Below, in pieces: positions 10,979 to 21,065 of a DNA stretch of 64,000 nucleotides. The notes under the pieces were generated by a model. That model was not told the origin of the DNA, made no database searches, and saw nothing but the letters and a program-made list of their open reading frames with translations. This DNA comes from Candidatus Latescibacterota bacterium (GTDB taxonomy: Bacteria; Latescibacterota; CBDEFO01), in assembly GCA_965237525.1 (NCBI GenBank), contig CBDEFO010000004.1, forward strand, positions 1 to 64,000, given 5' to 3'. The translations under genes were made by a program, and so were the position numbers. Within the stretch, counting starts at the first letter, position 1. The number at the start of each line of letters is the position of its first letter.

Positions 10979-13110
10979 GACCACTCGTCGAGGCCCTGGG
11001 AGATCGCGCCGTCGGCGTTGTGGAGAGCGTTAACGCGAACGCCATTAGCGTGCTCGTAGACCCTTCCGCGCCACAAGCCACTGCTTTGAACACGGGGACA
11101 CCAACGGGTTTTCCAAGAATCAACGGGTACCTATTGGTTCCCAACGAATCGGGCGCGACTGTTGGCGTGATCACCTCGGTGCGCGTCGAGCGACTGCCAT
11201 ATCCGAAACGAAAGGGGATGCAGGACTTCGGTCTCATTGATTTGCCGTTCCCAGCGCGGCTAGTCACTCTGATGCCGCTCGGTACGCTTATTTCAAAGCG
11301 TCGAAGCGAGTCGGACGACCTGGGATTCAAAGTGCGAAGGGGTGTTGATGTTTTTCCATCGGTAGGCGACCCCGTGTTACTTCCGACAGACGTCCAGCTA
11401 CGCGCACTGGTTGAGGGTGAGAGCGGCGATGTCGGTGGACGTATCCAGATTGGAGTATGCCCGACAGCTGGCGGCGAGCCCGTCCACGTCGATCCGGACA
11501 AGCTATTCGGCCGGCACCTAGCCGTGCTAGGCAATACCGGGGCGGGAAAATCCTGTACGGTAGCAGGATTGGTTCGATGGTCGCTCGAAGCCGCACGAGA
11601 GGCACGTAAGAACGTCGATCCGAATGCCAGATTCATCATTCTGGACCCCAATGGTGAGTATGCTCGGGCATTCAGCGATCTTGATCCGCGTGTGTTTCAG
11701 GTGGAGAGCAGTGGCTCCGCAAGGCCACTCAAGGTACCGGCGTGGCTGTGGAATGGAGAAGAATGGTCGGCGTTTACCGGCGCTGCGCCGGGGGTGCAAC
11801 GACCGATCCTGTTTGACGCGTTGCGGCGATTGCGATCAGGGAAAATGGATGCGGACGTCGCTGAAGCTAGAGTAAGGCGCCGACTGCGGAACTACCGTAT
11901 TCGCCTGCGGATGATCCTAGACCAGGGAACGTACATGGGGTTTCCGGGCCGCAAGGATTGCGCAGTGGTATTAACAAATCTTGTCGGGGCATTCGAGGAG
12001 TTAGTGCAAGGCGGACTCGAAGGCGAATTGCAGGACCACCTGAAAACGGCAATCGAACACGCACAGGATGCGGAGCTCGCTGCACGTTCTTATGTTGATA
12101 AGCACGAACAACAACAATACAGCGATTTCGCTGATGCTCACATCGAGCGCATTCTGCATGCAGTCAAAGCTGCGGCCACTGCAGCAGGAATTCCTGACGA
12201 TCAACAAGGCATCAGCGAAGACACGCCGGTCTTTTTCCCGGTTACTGATTTGCCAGGGCTCGTAGAAGTCATTGCCGCCGACGCATCAGGTCGAGATGTT
12301 TCCCAGTTCGTCGATTCGCTCAATCTTAGAATTCGCAGCATTTTCTCCGCTGGTCCGCTCGAATCAGTCGTGAACCCAGAAGGTTCGGCTGCGTTGACGC
12401 TTGATGCCTGGCTCACGGATTACGTTGGCGGCGACCAAGCTTCAAATGGTCCGCTAGCTGTGCTGGACCTCTCGCTCGTCCCGTCCGAGGCCGTACATGT
12501 TGTAGTGGCCGTGCTAGCACGCATGGTCTTTGAGGCGGTTCAACGCTACAGAAGATTATCGGGATCGGAACTTCCCACGGTGTTGGTACTCGATGAAGCG
12601 CACACCTTCGTGCATCGAGATCTCACATCGGAGGGTGCATCACCTGCCGGTAGGACGTGCGGTCGCACGTTTGAGCGGATTGCCCGTGAGGGAAGAAAAT
12701 TCGGACTCGGATTGGTATTGGCGTCTCAACGTCCCTCGGAAATATCACCGACCGTTCTATCGCAGTGCAACACTTTCCTGTTACACCGCATCGTCAACGA
12801 TCGAGACCAAGACTTGGTGAAACGGCTCGTGCCGGATGGATTGGGTGATCTCCTTCGCGAACTGCCTAGTCTCCCTTCTAGACGGGCTATTCTTCTCGGC
12901 TGGGGAGCGCCGGCACCGCTTCTTGTGGAGGTGCGGGAGCTCCAGGATGCCCACCGCCCGCATTCGCCAGATCCGGCTTTTTGGGATGTCTGGACTGGGA
13001 CCAAAGAATGCGGAATTGACTGGTCAAAGATTTCTAAGCTCTGGGGTTCATCTCCTGAACCAGAGGGTGCAATACCAAACCCTGAAGCCCCTCACGAGAC
13101 TCAGGAGTAG
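10975..13110 (+). CDS. HerA/FtsK-family ATPase, partner of Sir2
   Basis: N-terminal barrel region, RHLAVLGNTGAGKS, LVLDEAH, RIAREGRKFG, SQRPSE. ATGA overlap with sir2. Confidence 0.9.
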   Translation: MRPLVEALGDRAVGVVESVNANAISVLVDPSAPQATALNTGTPTGFPRINGYLLVPNESGATVGVITSVRVERLPYPKRKGMQDFGLIDLPFPARLVTLMPLGTLISKRRSESDDLGFKVRRGVDVFPSVGDPVLLPTDVQLRALVEGESGDVGGRIQIGVCPTAGGEPVHVDPDKLFGRHLAVLGNTGAGKSCTVAGLVRWSLEAAREARKNVDPNARFIILDPNGEYARAFSDLDPRVFQVESSGSARPLKVPAWLWNGEEWSAFTGAAPGVQRPILFDALRRLRSGKMDADVAEARVRRRLRNYRIRLRMILDQGTYMGFPGRKDCAVVLTNLVGAFEELVQGGLEGELQDHLKTAIEHAQDAELAARSYVDKHEQQQYSDFADAHIERILHAVKAAATAAGIPDDQQGISEDTPVFFPVTDLPGLVEVIAADASGRDVSQFVDSLNLRIRSIFSAGPLESVVNPEGSAALTLDAWLTDYVGGDQASNGPLAVLDLSLVPSEAVHVVVAVLARMVFEAVQRYRRLSGSELPTVLVLDEAHTFVHRDLTSEGASPAGRTCGRTFERIAREGRKFGLGLVLASQRPSEISPTVLSQCNTFLLHRIVNDRDQDLVKRLVPDGLGDLLRELPSLPSRRAILLGWGAPAPLLVEVRELQDAHRPHSPDPAFWDVWTGTKECGIDWSKISKLWGSSPEPEGAIPNPEAPHETQE

Positions 13111-13113
13111 CGT

Positions 13114-16100
13114 ATGGCGATAACGAACCACGAACGGGTCGGCAAGGCGCTCGATCTGCTCAAAGCGGGTCTGGGGCCGTTTGTCGAACGCGAGGTCAAG
13201 GGCGCCCTGGAGTCGCGAAAATTGGACGCCCATCAGTTGCGTGGCTACGGGGAAGATCGCGTGTTGGGGAACAAGCCTGTCCCCGAGCAGGACGTGGCCG
13301 GGCTGCTCAAGCTGATGTGGGACACCTGGCACGACGTCTTTCGAGAGATTCTGGGACCGGCGGAGCGGAGTCTGGTCAGCGAGTTGCGCGGCCACCGCAA
13401 CAAGTGGGCGCACCAGGAGAGTTTTTCCAGCGATGACGCCTATCGCGCTCTGGATTCGGTGGGCCGGCTCCTTGCTGCGGTATCCGCGCCGCAGTCAGAA
13501 GAGCTCGAGAAGCGCAAGCTGGAGTTGCTGCGGGTGCGCTTCGATGAACAGACGCGGGGGGAGCGCCGCAAGCAGGCGGGAACGGCGATTGAAAGCGTTG
13601 CCGCGGCCAGCCTGAAGCCGTGGCGGGAAATCGTCACCCCCCACAGGGACGTCGCGAGCGGGCGATACCAACAAGCCGAGTTCGCCGCCGATCTCTGGCA
13701 GGTGCACCTGGGTGAAGGGACAGATGAGTATCGAGACCCCGTCGAGTTCTTTCGGCGAACGTATCTGACGGAAAGCCTGAAGGGACTGTTGGTTGGGGCC
13801 GTCCACCGTCTCCAAGGCAAAGGAGGTGATCCCGTCGTTCAGCTCCAGACGAACTTCGGCGGCGGCAAGACCCACTCCATGCTTGCCCTGTATCACCTGT
13901 TTTCCGGGACAGCCTCCGGGGAACTGGACGGGATCGACCCCGTTTTGCAGGAGGCGGAGGCAACGGAGCTTGCGCCGGTGCGCCGAGTTGTATTGGTTGG
14001 AAACAAGATCTCCCCGGGGAACCCAGTCACCAAACCGGATGGCACGGTCGTCCGAACACTCTGGGGCGAGCTGGCATGGCAACTGGGCGGCAAGAAGGCG
14101 TTCGCGCGGGTTGCGGCCGACGACGAAAAGGCGACGAGTCCAGGCGATGCACTGCGGGAACTCTTCAATGAATATGGTCCCTGCCTGGTCCTCATCGATG
14201 AGTGGGTTGGCTACGCCCGCCAGCTGCATGATCAGAGCGATCTCCCCGCCGGAGGCTTCGAAACCCAGTTCAGTTTTGCCCAGGTGCTCACGGAATCGGC
14301 CAAACTCGCCAACAACTGCCTGCTCGTGATCAGCTTGCCGGCCTCGGACACGGCCGGCCCCCCACACACCCAGGCTGATGATGTCGAGGTCGGTGGGCAA
14401 CGCGGGCGGGAGGCACTCGATCGGCTGCGGAACGTCGTCGGGCGCATCGAATCGTCCTGGCGTCCGGCCAGTGCCGAGGAAAGCTTCGAGATAGTGCGGC
14501 GACGCCTTTTCGAGCCGTTCACAGATCCTGTCCAATTCAGGGATAGGGATGTGGTCGCCCGCGCATTTGCCGAGTTCTATCGGACACAGCATCAAGAGTT
14601 CCCGCCTGAGTGTCGGGACGCGGACTACGAGAAGCGGATCAAGGCGGCCTATCCGATACACCCCGAGATCTTCGATCGCCTGTACACGGATTGGTCGACG
14701 CTGGTGAAATTCCAGCGCACGCGTGGCGTGTTGCGGTTGATGGCGGCTGTGATTCACAGCCTGTGGGAGAAAGACGACAGGAATCCGCTGATTCTGCCGG
14801 CGAACATCGCGATCGACGATCCACGCGTACAGTTCGAGCTGACCCGGTATCTCCCCGACAACTGGGTGCCGGTGATCGAGAAAGACGTGGACGGGCCCCG
14901 CTCGCTGCCGCGACGGATTGACAGCGCGGTTCCGAACCTCGGAAAGCTCCACGCGTCCAGACGCGTCGCGCGAGCGATTTATCTCGGATCCGCACCCACC
15001 GCCGATGCGGCGCATCGGGGTCTTGAGGACCGTCGCGTCAAACTCGGCTGTGTCATGCCGGGGGAGTCTCCGGCGGTCTTCGGCGATGCGCTGCGGCGAC
15101 TGGCCGGTGCGGCAACGTACCTCTACCAGGATGGTCCTCGTTACTGGTACTCCACACAGCCAACCGTCACGAAACTGGCGGAGGATCGTGCCGAGCAGTT
15201 GAAGCGCAACCTCGACAAGGGGGTGCAGGAGCTCGGTGCGCGACTCCGATCGGATCTCCGCGACGACACGGGCGACTTCACTCGCGTGCATCCTCTCCCG
15301 CAGTCCCGGCAGGATGTTCCGGATGATCTCGATGCACGACTCGTGGTGCTCGGAACCGACACGCCCTACAGCAAAGAGAAGGGAAATCCCGCAGAGACCG
15401 CGGCGCAAGCCATCCTGGAATCGAGGGGTAGCTCGCCGAGGATTTGTCGCAACACACTCGTGTTTCTGGCCGCGGACAAGACGAGGCTGCAGGATCTCGA
15501 TGAGGCGGTCCGGTGGTACCTGGCATGGGAATCGATACTCGGTGAGCGGGAACAGCTCGACCTTTCGCCTCACCAGGTCAAGCAGGCTGAAATCCAAAAG
15601 GAGGCCGCGTCCGGCACAGTTACGGCTCGGCTCCCGGAGACGTACCGGTGGCTCCTGGTTCCGGTTCAGACCCGTCCCGACGCTTCGATGGAGTGGCAGG
15701 CCATGAGGTTGTCGGGACAGCATTCGCTCGCAGCCAGGGCGAGCAAGAAGCTGAAAGGCGATGAGCTGCTGGTGACCGGCTTCGCCGCCACTCGACTACG
15801 GATGGAGCTTGATCGCGTGCCTCTCTGGCGCGGCGACCACGTGTCGATCAAACAAATCGTCGAGGATTTTGCACGATATCTCTATCTGCCACGTGTCAGC
15901 GACTCGACGGTCCTGCTGAACGCAATCCGCGACGGCATCGCCCTTCTTACCTGGGAGCAGGATGCATATGCGTTCGCGGACAGCTTTGACGATGAGGCAA
16001 AGCGATATCGGGGATTACGTGGTGGGCAAGTCGTTTCATTACTGGATACCGATGCTCCTGAATTGCTCGTCAAGGCGGATATTGCGCGTCAACAGCTCGA

Positions 16101-16461
16101 TGCCGAGAGTGCACCCCCGGCTGGCGGTGGAGAAGGCGCCGAAGCAGGGACGGGTGGAAAGATCACGGTTGCCGGCGGAAGACTGAGTCCCGGGGAGGTT
16201 CCGTCGGGCACGCCGACGCCGACGCAACCCACGCGGTTTCATGGGACCGTTGCGCTTGATTCCACGCGGGTAGGACGCGATGCGAGCAGGATTGCGGATG
16301 AGGTGATCTCGCATCTTTCCGGCCTAGTGGGAGCTAAGGTTACAGTGACTCTCGAAATAGAAGCTGAGGTGCCGTCGGGTGCCCCGGATCACGTCGTTCG
16401 CACGGTCACGGAGAACAGCCGGACACTGAAGTTCACGAGTCAGGGCTTTGAAAAAGCATAG
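13114..16461 (+). CDS. Swt1-like HEPN + DUF499 AAA+ ATPase
   Basis: N-terminal RNKWAH (Rx4H), LKPWREIVTPHRDV, LQTNFGGGKTH, LIDEW and FQRTRGVLR. Confidence 0.85.
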   Translation: MAITNHERVGKALDLLKAGLGPFVEREVKGALESRKLDAHQLRGYGEDRVLGNKPVPEQDVAGLLKLMWDTWHDVFREILGPAERSLVSELRGHRNKWAHQESFSSDDAYRALDSVGRLLAAVSAPQSEELEKRKLELLRVRFDEQTRGERRKQAGTAIESVAAASLKPWREIVTPHRDVASGRYQQAEFAADLWQVHLGEGTDEYRDPVEFFRRTYLTESLKGLLVGAVHRLQGKGGDPVVQLQTNFGGGKTHSMLALYHLFSGTASGELDGIDPVLQEAEATELAPVRRVVLVGNKISPGNPVTKPDGTVVRTLWGELAWQLGGKKAFARVAADDEKATSPGDALRELFNEYGPCLVLIDEWVGYARQLHDQSDLPAGGFETQFSFAQVLTESAKLANNCLLVISLPASDTAGPPHTQADDVEVGGQRGREALDRLRNVVGRIESSWRPASAEESFEIVRRRLFEPFTDPVQFRDRDVVARAFAEFYRTQHQEFPPECRDADYEKRIKAAYPIHPEIFDRLYTDWSTLVKFQRTRGVLRLMAAVIHSLWEKDDRNPLILPANIAIDDPRVQFELTRYLPDNWVPVIEKDVDGPRSLPRRIDSAVPNLGKLHASRRVARAIYLGSAPTADAAHRGLEDRRVKLGCVMPGESPAVFGDALRRLAGAATYLYQDGPRYWYSTQPTVTKLAEDRAEQLKRNLDKGVQELGARLRSDLRDDTGDFTRVHPLPQSRQDVPDDLDARLVVLGTDTPYSKEKGNPAETAAQAILESRGSSPRICRNTLVFLAADKTRLQDLDEAVRWYLAWESILGEREQLDLSPHQVKQAEIQKEAASGTVTARLPETYRWLLVPVQTRPDASMEWQAMRLSGQHSLAARASKKLKGDELLVTGFAATRLRMELDRVPLWRGDHVSIKQIVEDFARYLYLPRVSDSTVLLNAIRDGIALLTWEQDAYAFADSFDDEAKRYRGLRGGQVVSLLDTDAPELLVKADIARQQLDAESAPPAGGGEGAEAGTGGKITVAGGRLSPGEVPSGTPTPTQPTRFHGTVALDSTRVGRDASRIADEVISHLSGLVGAKVTVTLEIEAEVPSGAPDHVVRTVTENSRTLKFTSQGFEKA

Positions 16462-16849
16462 TCGGCGATCTCCCCCTATACCCCTCAAAACCATCCTGAT
16501 TTTTGCGCGAAGGTGACAGGTTGTAGTTCGAAAAGAACATGGCGATGATCACGAACTTCCCAGAAAACACAATCCTTCGTGTCACAAGAGCCAACGGTAT
16601 CGACGATGCGGCGATATGCTCATGAAATGAAACCCGTCGTCAGCGAGATCGAGACCGAGCGATTCGCTGTGACATGCGGCAGGGTGTTGAGCAGTGCGGA
16701 AATGGATTCCGAGCCCCAGTTTGCAAAGGGTGATCGGCAGGGTGATTAAACGTTTGGATATGCAATATAACTGTAATTTATTCAGTTATTTATTAGGGAT
16801 AATCTAGAGGCCAGGAAATCCTCGCAGTCCCTACAGAACGAAAAATTCC

Positions 16850-17359
16850 ATGCGACTTAACTTTATAAGAAACAGGATACTCAAAGGTCAAAGATCATGT
16901 AATGATGAGTTGATCTGCATCCTCAAAGAGTCTGCCCTATTCGGTCACTTGAGCCAGCGGTCGATAAAGAAGATAAGCAAGGTCGTCCAGAAGGAAGACT
17001 TTGCCGAAGGCGAGGCGATCTTCAACCGGGGCGAGATCGGCCTCGGTCTTTATATTATCAAAAAGGGGAGCGTTGATATACTTAAAGATCGAGGCAAGGT
17101 GGCTCATTTAGAGGAAGGGGATTTCTTCGGGGAACTGTCTCTTTTGGATGAGTATCCCAATCCGGTCTGTGCTGTAGGCTCCGGTAACGGTGAACTTATC
17201 ATCTTCCGCCGATCGACTTTGCTGGAGCTCATCGCTGAAGAGCCGCGACTGGCTCTTAAGATTCTCATACGGCTAGATCAGATGACCGGTGAAAGAGTGC
17301 ACGCGCTGAATGAGGAAATCGAAGCAGTTCAGGCGGCATTACTTCTTGATCCCCGATAG
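16850..17359 (+). CDS. Cyclic nucleotide-binding domain protein
   Basis: IFNRGEIG..LYIIKKGSV..GDFFGELSLL. Its stop codon is supplied by the 21-nt palindrome. Confidence 0.8.
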   Translation: MRLNFIRNRILKGQRSCNDELICILKESALFGHLSQRSIKKISKVVQKEDFAEGEAIFNRGEIGLGLYIIKKGSVDILKDRGKVAHLEEGDFFGELSLLDEYPNPVCAVGSGNGELIIFRRSTLLELIAEEPRLALKILIRLDQMTGERVHALNEEIEAVQAALLLDPR

Positions 17360-17371
17360 ATTCAATTGGGG
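17351..17371. repeat. 21-nt palindromic element (CCCCGATAGAHTCAATCGGGG family); other copies at 19147, 20953, 22562, 24235, 25254, 32921, 44345, 47205, 47737, 50397 and a half copy at 34761
   Basis: Recurrent 7-bp stem CCCCGAT/ATCGGGG with loop AGA(A/T/C)TCA, found in both orientations. Confidence 0.9.
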
Positions 17372-17425
17372 ATCAAGAAGTAAAAACATCGGCGTCTAAT
17401 AAGCTCTAAATAGGGAGAACGCATA

Positions 17426-18613
17426 GTGGCTGCTGCCGGTTTTCCTGCGTCCACACAGATAATTAAGATCCTCCTCATCCTGGCGGCTATTTCACTTGTT
17501 GTATGGTTCTTGATAGCCATCAAGGGCATACTGTTCCCGTTTGCACTGGCCTTTCTTATTGCCTATCTATTCAATCCTGTGGTCAACAGACTCGAAGGAT
17601 TAGGCATAGGGCGCGGATGGGCTACCTTGATAATCTACTTGGTGCTCGCTCTATTGGCAGTCTTGATTATGATATTTGTCGCACCTCTGCTTGCCAGCGA
17701 AATAAAGGGACTGACGGGGAATATATTGCCGGCTCTTCTGGCCGCCACAGAAAGCGCGCACGCAGATTCGCTTGAGACAACCAGGAGCGCTGCTTCAGAT
17801 ACGGTGGGCGCTGCGCTTTCTGAATATGCACACGAACTTATCGGGAAGTTACAAACTCAGATAGAATCGCGGCTACCGCGCTTTATGTCTGATCTTATCC
17901 CGGGATTTAAGGCTGAGAGCATCACAGATCAGATAAGCCAATATTCGGAGGACATATTTAAGAACGTAGGGGAACTGCTTGCACAGCTCTTAGGAAGATC
18001 GGTGTCTTTGGTAGTCAACCTCTTCTCCTTAATATTCTTCCTGATAATAGCTCCTGTGGTGGCGTTCTTTGTGCTGAAAGAGGCCCCAACTGCCAAGGCA
18101 AGCTTCGTTGAACTCGTACCTAACAGGTACTTTGAGATGATTTTGAACCTCATTTACAGGATAGATAAGCAGATAGGCGGATACATAAGGGGTCAACTTA
18201 CGGTCTCTATTACCATAGCTTTACTGTGGACGACTGCGCTCCGGATAATAGGATTGAAGTACTATCTTGTCATAGGGGTGGCTGCCGGAGTCTTAAATCT
18301 CATTCCGTATCTTGGCCCTATAACTACAGCCTCGATAGTGATTATCGTCTCTTTGATTCAAAAGGGGATCGGAGGTTTCGTTCCGGCTGCGTTGACATTT
18401 GCGGTGATCCAGACTCTCGATGGAGTCTTCATCTCTCCGGTTGTGGTGGCAAGGAGCGTCAATCTGCATCCTGTGGTCGTGCTCTTTGTAGTCCTGGCCG
18501 GGAGTCAACTGCTCGGAATCATAGGTATGATCCTTGCTGTCCCTATAACGGGGATTATCAAGGTGACTGTCCAGACGCTCTACGAAGGCTTTAAGAGCTA
18601 CTCCGTGAGCTGA
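17426..18613 (+). CDS. AI-2E family transporter
   Basis: PFALAFLIAYLFNPVVNRLE, GGYIRGQL, NLIPYLGP and LHPVVVL..GMILAVP. Confidence 0.9.
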   Translation: MAAAGFPASTQIIKILLILAAISLVVWFLIAIKGILFPFALAFLIAYLFNPVVNRLEGLGIGRGWATLIIYLVLALLAVLIMIFVAPLLASEIKGLTGNILPALLAATESAHADSLETTRSAASDTVGAALSEYAHELIGKLQTQIESRLPRFMSDLIPGFKAESITDQISQYSEDIFKNVGELLAQLLGRSVSLVVNLFSLIFFLIIAPVVAFFVLKEAPTAKASFVELVPNRYFEMILNLIYRIDKQIGGYIRGQLTVSITIALLWTTALRIIGLKYYLVIGVAAGVLNLIPYLGPITTASIVIIVSLIQKGIGGFVPAALTFAVIQTLDGVFISPVVVARSVNLHPVVVLFVVLAGSQLLGIIGMILAVPITGIIKVTVQTLYEGFKSYSVS

Positions 18614-19119
18614 TGGGTGCTTTAGAGACAAGAAAGGTCGCCCAAATCGCAGCAGCGTGTGGATTGGGCGTCCTGCTTTCTCTAGTCAAGATCTATAGGA
18701 TGCCCCATGGAGGATCTATAACCCTTGAGGCCGTACCCATCTATATCCTCGCTTTAAGAGATGGCCCCAAAATAGGGATCACCGCCGGGGCTATTCTGGG
18801 ATTCCTCAAGCTTATAACCGGACCTTACATCGTTCACCCTCTCCAACTCGTGTTCGACTATCCTCTTGCCTTAGGGCTTCTGGGTATCTCTGGATTCTTC
18901 ACACAGCTGCCCTTTGCAGGAATTATAATCGGAGGCCTGGCAAGAGGAGCGTCTCACTTTCTTTCAGGTGTGATATTCTTCGGGCAGTACGCTCCACAGG
19001 GCACTCCGGTCTGGATCTACTCCGCTCTTTACAACGGAAGCTATGTGATCCCTGAGATTCTGATCGCCCTTTTGATAGTCCCGGTTCTTATTAAAAGGCT
19101 CAGGGCCGCTGAGTTGTGA
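18613..19119 (+). CDS. thiT: ECF-type thiamine transporter S component
   Basis: MPHGGSITL, HPLQLVFDYPLA, HFLSGVIFFGQYAP.G.PVWIYSALYNGSY. Confidence 0.85.
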   Translation: MGALETRKVAQIAAACGLGVLLSLVKIYRMPHGGSITLEAVPIYILALRDGPKIGITAGAILGFLKLITGPYIVHPLQLVFDYPLALGLLGISGFFTQLPFAGIIIGGLARGASHFLSGVIFFGQYAPQGTPVWIYSALYNGSYVIPEILIALLIVPVLIKRLRAAEL

Positions 19120-19230
19120 ACAGCAAATAAGCAGGGGCTAACAGATCCCCGATAGAATCAATCGGGGACAGGCGTGTTCGGCCAATTTACCTGTCTATTT
19201 GCGGACACGCACAGGTAACTCCGCATTTTC

Positions 19231-19257
19231 AGGGCAGACACGCGGGTCTGCCCCTAC
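19231..19257 (-). repeat. GTAG-type REP (GTAGGGGCAGACCCGYGTGTCTGCCCT); also at 47834-47860 and 50489-50515
   Basis: GTAG tetranucleotide followed by an imperfect palindrome; three near-identical copies. Confidence 0.8.
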
Positions 19258-19292
19258 ATATTCCCGTTCGCAGTGCTCACACCACTTTCCGG

Positions 19293-19321
19293 TTGACATC
19301 CATAGCATAACAGGATATATT
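19293..19321 (+). promoter_or_regulatory. Sigma70-like promoter
   Basis: TTGACA-17 bp-TATATT upstream of 19395. Confidence 0.6.
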
Positions 19322-19394
19322 GGAGCAAGACTTCAGTTTCTGAGGACAGCTCTGTAGGTTTCTTAACGTAAATCATACTCGGAGTCAATCACCT

Positions 19395-20849
19395 ATGGAA
19401 AAGATATCTACGCGTGCTGAAGAGACCGAAATCCTGAAGATCACCCTCGGCGAGCCAACCAAGCTCAGCTCTTTGGCCTATCAGAATACGGCGTGTTTGA
19501 TGGTATCACGGACAGGGGTCGTGGCGGCGTTCTATCCCAAGCCCGGTACGCGGCCTGCGTTTTACCGGATCTCCACCGATGGCGGGCTGACGTGGAGTCA
19601 GGAGATGGATTCTCCACTTGAGCTGGGTGGCGGCCAGAACAGCGGGACACTACGCGACGGCGGCGTGATCATGCCTGCCTCGATCGTTGATTCCTCTACT
19701 GAAGGGGAAGAGGACTGCTTCGATACGCTCTTTCTGCGGTTCACCGATGACATGATGAACTGGGAGACTGAGATAGCTCAGGTGTACGTTCCCAATGTTG
19801 TGCCCGGTCTTGACATACGAGATCTGACGTTTGCCAAAGGCAAGATGGTGCAACTTCCCAACGGGGATGTGCTATCGCCGGTGTACGGGAGGTTTGCGGG
19901 CGATATCCAGCACCGGGCGTACCTGATCAGATCGGATCACCAAGGACACGCGTGGCGGTATTACGGGACAATAGCTTATGATTCCGATGATCCGAACCCT
20001 GAGCTGCCGGGTCAGTACCTCGGCTCTTGCGAGCCGAGCATCGCTCTCCTGCCGAACGGGCAGATGCTGGCCATGCTTCGGGCGCAGTACTCGCATGTGC
20101 CGGCGGAATACAAGCCGATGTACGTCTGTTGGTCGGACGATCAGGGAAAGACGTGGACCGAGCCGGTGCCGACGAATCCCCACCTGATGAATATCTCTCC
20201 GACACTGCAGGTGCTGGATAACGGTGTGGTAGCGTGCGAGTATGGACGGCCGGGATTCCACGTGGCCTTCAGCACGGACAACGGCCACACATGGGGCAAC
20301 CGCATCAGCTTCACGCATTTGATTGAGCCCTCCAACACCGGCCAGTTTGATATGATAAAGCTTGGCCCGAACAAGCTGGTGGCTATCGGAAGCGACGAGG
20401 ATGGCACAAAGGTCTTTCCGATCACAGTCGAGCGTGTGCAGGTATCGCCGACGCGCGTGGTGTTGACGGGACGCGTGCTGGACGAAGAGGGCAACCCGAT
20501 TGTGGGCGCGAAGGTGGAGCGGAGCCCGAACCGCTACGCTGCCGACTCCTGGGTGGTGGATCCTGTCGGGTGGTCGAAGCGAGTCACCTTTCCCAATGAT
20601 CACCCAAGCCGGATGGTGCCGGCGGAATATATTCCCGAATTGGGATACCGATCGATTCAGAAGGGCAGCGATTGCCCGACGGTGGAGACCGACGCGCAGG
20701 GGAAGTTCCGATTCGAGGCCGTCAAGCTTGGTGAGCTGGTACTAACAATAGAGGTTTATAAGAGGTACAGCAGTGAGTACGAGCCGTTCAAGGGGACGAT
20801 TTCACTGTCGCGGATCGGACAACAACCGATCACTTTGAAGAAAAAGTAG
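19395..20849 (+). CDS. Sialidase/BNR-repeat protein with C-terminal carboxypeptidase regulatory-like domain
   Basis: Asp-boxes STDGGLTW, SDDQGKTW, STDNGHTW; C-terminal GRVLDEEGNPIVGAKV..TDAQGKFRF. Confidence 0.75.
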   Translation: MEKISTRAEETEILKITLGEPTKLSSLAYQNTACLMVSRTGVVAAFYPKPGTRPAFYRISTDGGLTWSQEMDSPLELGGGQNSGTLRDGGVIMPASIVDSSTEGEEDCFDTLFLRFTDDMMNWETEIAQVYVPNVVPGLDIRDLTFAKGKMVQLPNGDVLSPVYGRFAGDIQHRAYLIRSDHQGHAWRYYGTIAYDSDDPNPELPGQYLGSCEPSIALLPNGQMLAMLRAQYSHVPAEYKPMYVCWSDDQGKTWTEPVPTNPHLMNISPTLQVLDNGVVACEYGRPGFHVAFSTDNGHTWGNRISFTHLIEPSNTGQFDMIKLGPNKLVAIGSDEDGTKVFPITVERVQVSPTRVVLTGRVLDEEGNPIVGAKVERSPNRYAADSWVVDPVGWSKRVTFPNDHPSRMVPAEYIPELGYRSIQKGSDCPTVETDAQGKFRFEAVKLGELVLTIEVYKRYSSEYEPFKGTISLSRIGQQPITLKKK

Positions 20850-21065
20850 CAGATGCCATCTACTATTCCGAACCAAGTTCACACTCTGACGCGATCTCCG
20901 GACAGTTTACGACAAATTTAGCTGGTTCCTAACGGTCAACGCTCGATTGAATTCCCGATTGAGTCTATTGGGGATCGGCGGGATCGGGGGCTGCGGTAGA
21001 TGAGTTACCACACTGAATTAAATGAAAGGTAGGTTTGGAATTAACAAAGAAAATGGAGGTTATCC

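Noticed and set aside
13495..15723. Long antisense ORFs (742 aa here; also 50724-51875, 59069-60103, 2913-3695)
   Set aside because: They are shadows of well-supported genes on the opposite strand in GC-rich or repetitive DNA, with no motifs.
18560..18613. TPP riboswitch upstream of thiT
   Set aside because: thiT overlaps the upstream gene's stop, so there is no leader and no TPP aptamer motif.
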